A DNA stretch of 64,000 bases from an uncultured Chloroflexia bacterium (GTDB taxonomy: Bacteria; Chloroflexota; Limnocylindria; Limnocylindrales; CSP1-4): the NCBI GenBank assembly GCA_963779315.1, contig CAVZXQ010000019.1, positions 81,444 to 145,443 on the forward strand, given 5' to 3'. The notes beneath the pieces were generated by a model. That model worked only from the letters and a program-made list of their open reading frames with translations. It did not search any database and was not told where the DNA came from. The first letter of the stretch is position 1, and each line of letters begins with the position of its first letter. Positions 61,894 to 64,000 of this stretch are shown here, piece after piece. The translations under genes were made by a program, and so were the position numbers.

Positions 61894-63165
61894 CTAGAAG
61901 GCCGCAAAGCCGGTGCCCATCGCCCAGAAGCCGTAGGCCGTCACGATGGCTCCTCCGATCACGGCAAGGCGGAACGGGAGCGGCGCTCGGTCGCGGAGCC
62001 CGAGTCCCAGGACGACGAGCCAGAGCGGCATCGAATCGAGGATGAACCGATAGCCGAACTGCTCGAAGCCTGGGTTCCCATGCATCATGTCGACCAGGAG
62101 GATCAGGATGGCAGTGCCCGCCGTGACCAGCGCCAGCCGGCCTCGTGCGAGGACCACGCCGCCGAGGAACGGGGCGGTCAGGATGAGCGAATCGGCCCAG
62201 AGGCTCGGCTGGATGAACGGCGCCTGGGCGACGATCCTGGGCCATGACAGGAATGCCGCCTCGAAGCCGCGCCTCAGATACGCCGGCGACTCGATCCCCT
62301 CCGAGTACCACCACTCGTCGGTCACCAGTCCGCTGGTATCCGACGGGATGCGGGTGTACCCGAAGTCGAAGATGGAGCCGAACCGGGCGAAGTTGTACAG
62401 CGCGACGAAGGCCGCGATCGGCACGGCACCCGCGATGAACCGCCACGAGCGGCCGCGATACAGGTACACGAACAGCGGCAACGCCAGGCCGACCGGCAGG
62501 CGGCTACCGACGGCGAGGGCGAACAGCAGGCCGGCGATCACTGGCCGGTCCGACCCGAGCGCCAGGTAGAGTGCGGCAAGCAGGAACAGCACAGCGGACA
62601 CCTGGGCCATGAGGTGCGTGCCGCCCGTGCCCGCGACCCACCACAGGGTCGTCGTGGCGAACCCGACGCTGATCCAGATCGCCGGACTCTCGCGGACCGC
62701 GAGACGGCGCCGCAGCAGGACGAACGACAGGCCGACCGACAGACCGCCGACGATCGCGGGCATGACACCGGTGCCGAGTTCCGCGTTCCATGGCTGGATG
62801 CCCATCACCATGACGACCGGAACGTAGAAGAGGACCGGAGCGGGAGGGAACGGGAGCAGCCATCCCGTGTCCGTCGGGATCAGCTCGATCCACGACCTCG
62901 CCTCGACCGTCAACGTGCCCCCCAGCAAGGCACCGGCGAACGGGATGTATGCGTCACCCCCGGAGCCCGTCGGTCCGGTCAGCAGATACAGCGCCGTGGC
63001 AGCCACGGCGAGGAGGCCGCTGACGACGAGGATCCGAGCACGATCAGCGTCGCCTTCGTCCGCCGGAGTCGCGGCCACGACGACCTCCGCAGCATCGACG
63101 GTCACCGGCCGCCCTCGGTCATCGACCTTCGGGCGGGTCGGCACTTGCGAACGCCAGGGGCACAA
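61894..63165 (-). CDS. polytopic GT-C-like membrane glycosyltransferase (ArnT/PMT-like), tentative
   Basis: More than 10 hydrophobic helices, with Asp/Glu-containing early loops and a loop YTRIPSDTSGLVTDEWWYSEGIESPAYL. Uninterrupted 423 aa. The true start may be internal. Confidence 0.5.
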   Translation of the reverse strand: MCPWRSQVPTRPKVDDRGRPVTVDAAEVVVAATPADEGDADRARILVVSGLLAVAATALYLLTGPTGSGGDAYIPFAGALLGGTLTVEARSWIELIPTDTGWLLPFPPAPVLFYVPVVMVMGIQPWNAELGTGVMPAIVGGLSVGLSFVLLRRRLAVRESPAIWISVGFATTTLWWVAGTGGTHLMAQVSAVLFLLAALYLALGSDRPVIAGLLFALAVGSRLPVGLALPLFVYLYRGRSWRFIAGAVPIAAFVALYNFARFGSIFDFGYTRIPSDTSGLVTDEWWYSEGIESPAYLRRGFEAAFLSWPRIVAQAPFIQPSLWADSLILTAPFLGGVVLARGRLALVTAGTAILILLVDMMHGNPGFEQFGYRFILDSMPLWLVVLGLGLRDRAPLPFRLAVIGGAIVTAYGFWAMGTGFAAF

Positions 63166-63198
63166 GCGGACGATGACGCCGCAAGGAGTCGTGCTGAG

Positions 63199-63306
63199 AT
63201 GACGCTCTTGACCGCGTGGCTGACCGTGGCTGTGCTCGTCATCATCGGGTCACTCGCGCTGATCGCCTTGCTGGCGCTGGTCTTCACCCTGCAGGACCTC
63301 GACTAG
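63199..63306 (+). CDS. 35-aa hydrophobic peptide (tentative)
   Basis: AAGGAG lies 10 nt upstream of ATG 63199. Single TM helix MTLLTAWLTVAVLVIIGSLALIALLALVFTLQDLD. TAG at 63304-63306. Confidence 0.35.
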   Translation: MTLLTAWLTVAVLVIIGSLALIALLALVFTLQDLD

Positions 63307-63376
63307 CGTATGCCCAAGGTCCCAGGCCGTGCGGTGACGACCGGATCGAACTCGCGTGTCGCGGTAGCATCGAGCC

Positions 63377-64000
63377 ATGCGGTTCGGCCTCCAGCTCTGG
63401 TCACAGTCCACCGATTGGCCGACGTTCCGTGACGCCGCCCTGGCGGCCGAAGCGCACGGCTGGGACTCCGTCTGGACGTGGGATCACCTGTTGGCGATCT
63501 TCGGGCCGTGGGAACAGCCCATCTTCGAGGGCTGGACCCTCATGGCCGCCCTGGCGCCCATCACGACACGCGTCCGGCTCGGCCTGATGGTCGGCGCCAA
63601 CACGTTCCGTAACCCCGGTCTGACCGCCAAGCTCGCCACGACGCTGGATCACGTGTCCGCCGGGCGTGCCGTCCTCGGCATCGGCGGCGCGTGGTTCGAA
63701 CGGGAGCATGATGCCTTCGGATTCGACTTCGGGGCGAGCGCCGGGGAGCGACTGGACTGGCTCGACGAAGCGGTCGTGCTCATGCGCCGGCTGCTCGATG
63801 GCGAGCGGTTCTCCGCTGAGGGCGCGACGTACCGCTTCGATGACGCCCTTGGCGCACCACGCCCGGTCCAGGCCCACCTGCCGATCCTCATCGGCGGCGC
63901 CGGACGCCGCAAGACGCTGCGCACGGTCGCTCAGCATGCCGATGGCTGGAACCTCTCGGGAACGCTCGACGAGGTCACGCGACGCGTTGGCCGCGCTGGA
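63377..64000 (+). CDS. LLM-class F420-dependent oxidoreductase (3' end outside window)
   Basis: My own translation, not in the ORF track: MRFGLQLWSQSTDWPTFRDAALAAEAHGWDSVWTWDHLLAIFGPWEQPIFEGWTLMAALAPITTRVRLGLMVGANTFRNPGL...LGIGGAWFEREH. The frame is open to the window end. Confidence 0.8.
   Translation, partial: MRFGLQLWSQSTDWPTFRDAALAAEAHGWDSVWTWDHLLAIFGPWEQPIFEGWTLMAALAPITTRVRLGLMVGANTFRNPGLTAKLATTLDHVSAGRAVLGIGGAWFEREHDAFGFDFGASAGERLDWLDEAVVLMRRLLDGERFSAEGATYRFDDALGAPRPVQAHLPILIGGAGRRKTLRTVAQHADGWNLSGTLDEVTRRVGRAG

Overview
Very GC-rich, actinobacterium-like chromosomal window (GC judged by eye, not computed). Supporting traits are LAL-type LuxR and ECF sigma regulators, LLM/F420-type oxidoreductases, an EtfD-like Fe-S protein, and many apparently leaderless genes. 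I could support about 65 genes, one tRNA (Arg-CCT), and no rRNA, CRISPR array, transposase or integrase.

Gene content in order:
- 0-2 kb: a YgeW-type carbamoyltransferase plus carbamate kinase.
- 2-13 kb: a PadR unit, a cyclase-STAND-TPR regulator, sulfur amino-acid and ACT-domain genes, and an LLM oxidoreductase.
- 13.5-19.5 kb: an intact block with a secreted M1 peptidase, a LAL-LuxR regulator, DUF4242 and a secreted protein. It is bracketed by stubs of LuxR 3' ends.
- 19.4-25.6 kb: two ECF sigma/anti-sigma modules, punctuated by copies of the 3' end of the adjacent tRNA-Arg.
- 26-44 kb: a long minus-strand housekeeping stretch (ccdA/resA, nrdR-dcd, etfAB, acyl-CoA dehydrogenase, etfD-like, mog-moaC-moeA, pepN).
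- 44-53.6 kb: an accessory cluster of exported and small membrane proteins.
- 53.9-59.3 kb: a decarboxylase / ACAD-like / aldehyde dehydrogenase cluster and an RDD protein.
- 59.4-64 kb: a P-type ATPase, a GT-C-like membrane protein and a second LLM oxidoreductase.

The dominant anomaly is that genes in 26.3-43.8 kb and 53.9-59.3 kb can be read only by changing frame repeatedly, while neighbouring accessory genes are intact. This looks more like homopolymer-type assembly error than decay, but it needs read-level checking.

Many long ORFs in the supplied track are Arg/Pro/Gly-rich off-frame or antisense artefacts of the high GC content and were not called. All calls rest on motif recognition and manual frame tracing. 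No database search was run, and coordinates of disrupted genes are approximate.
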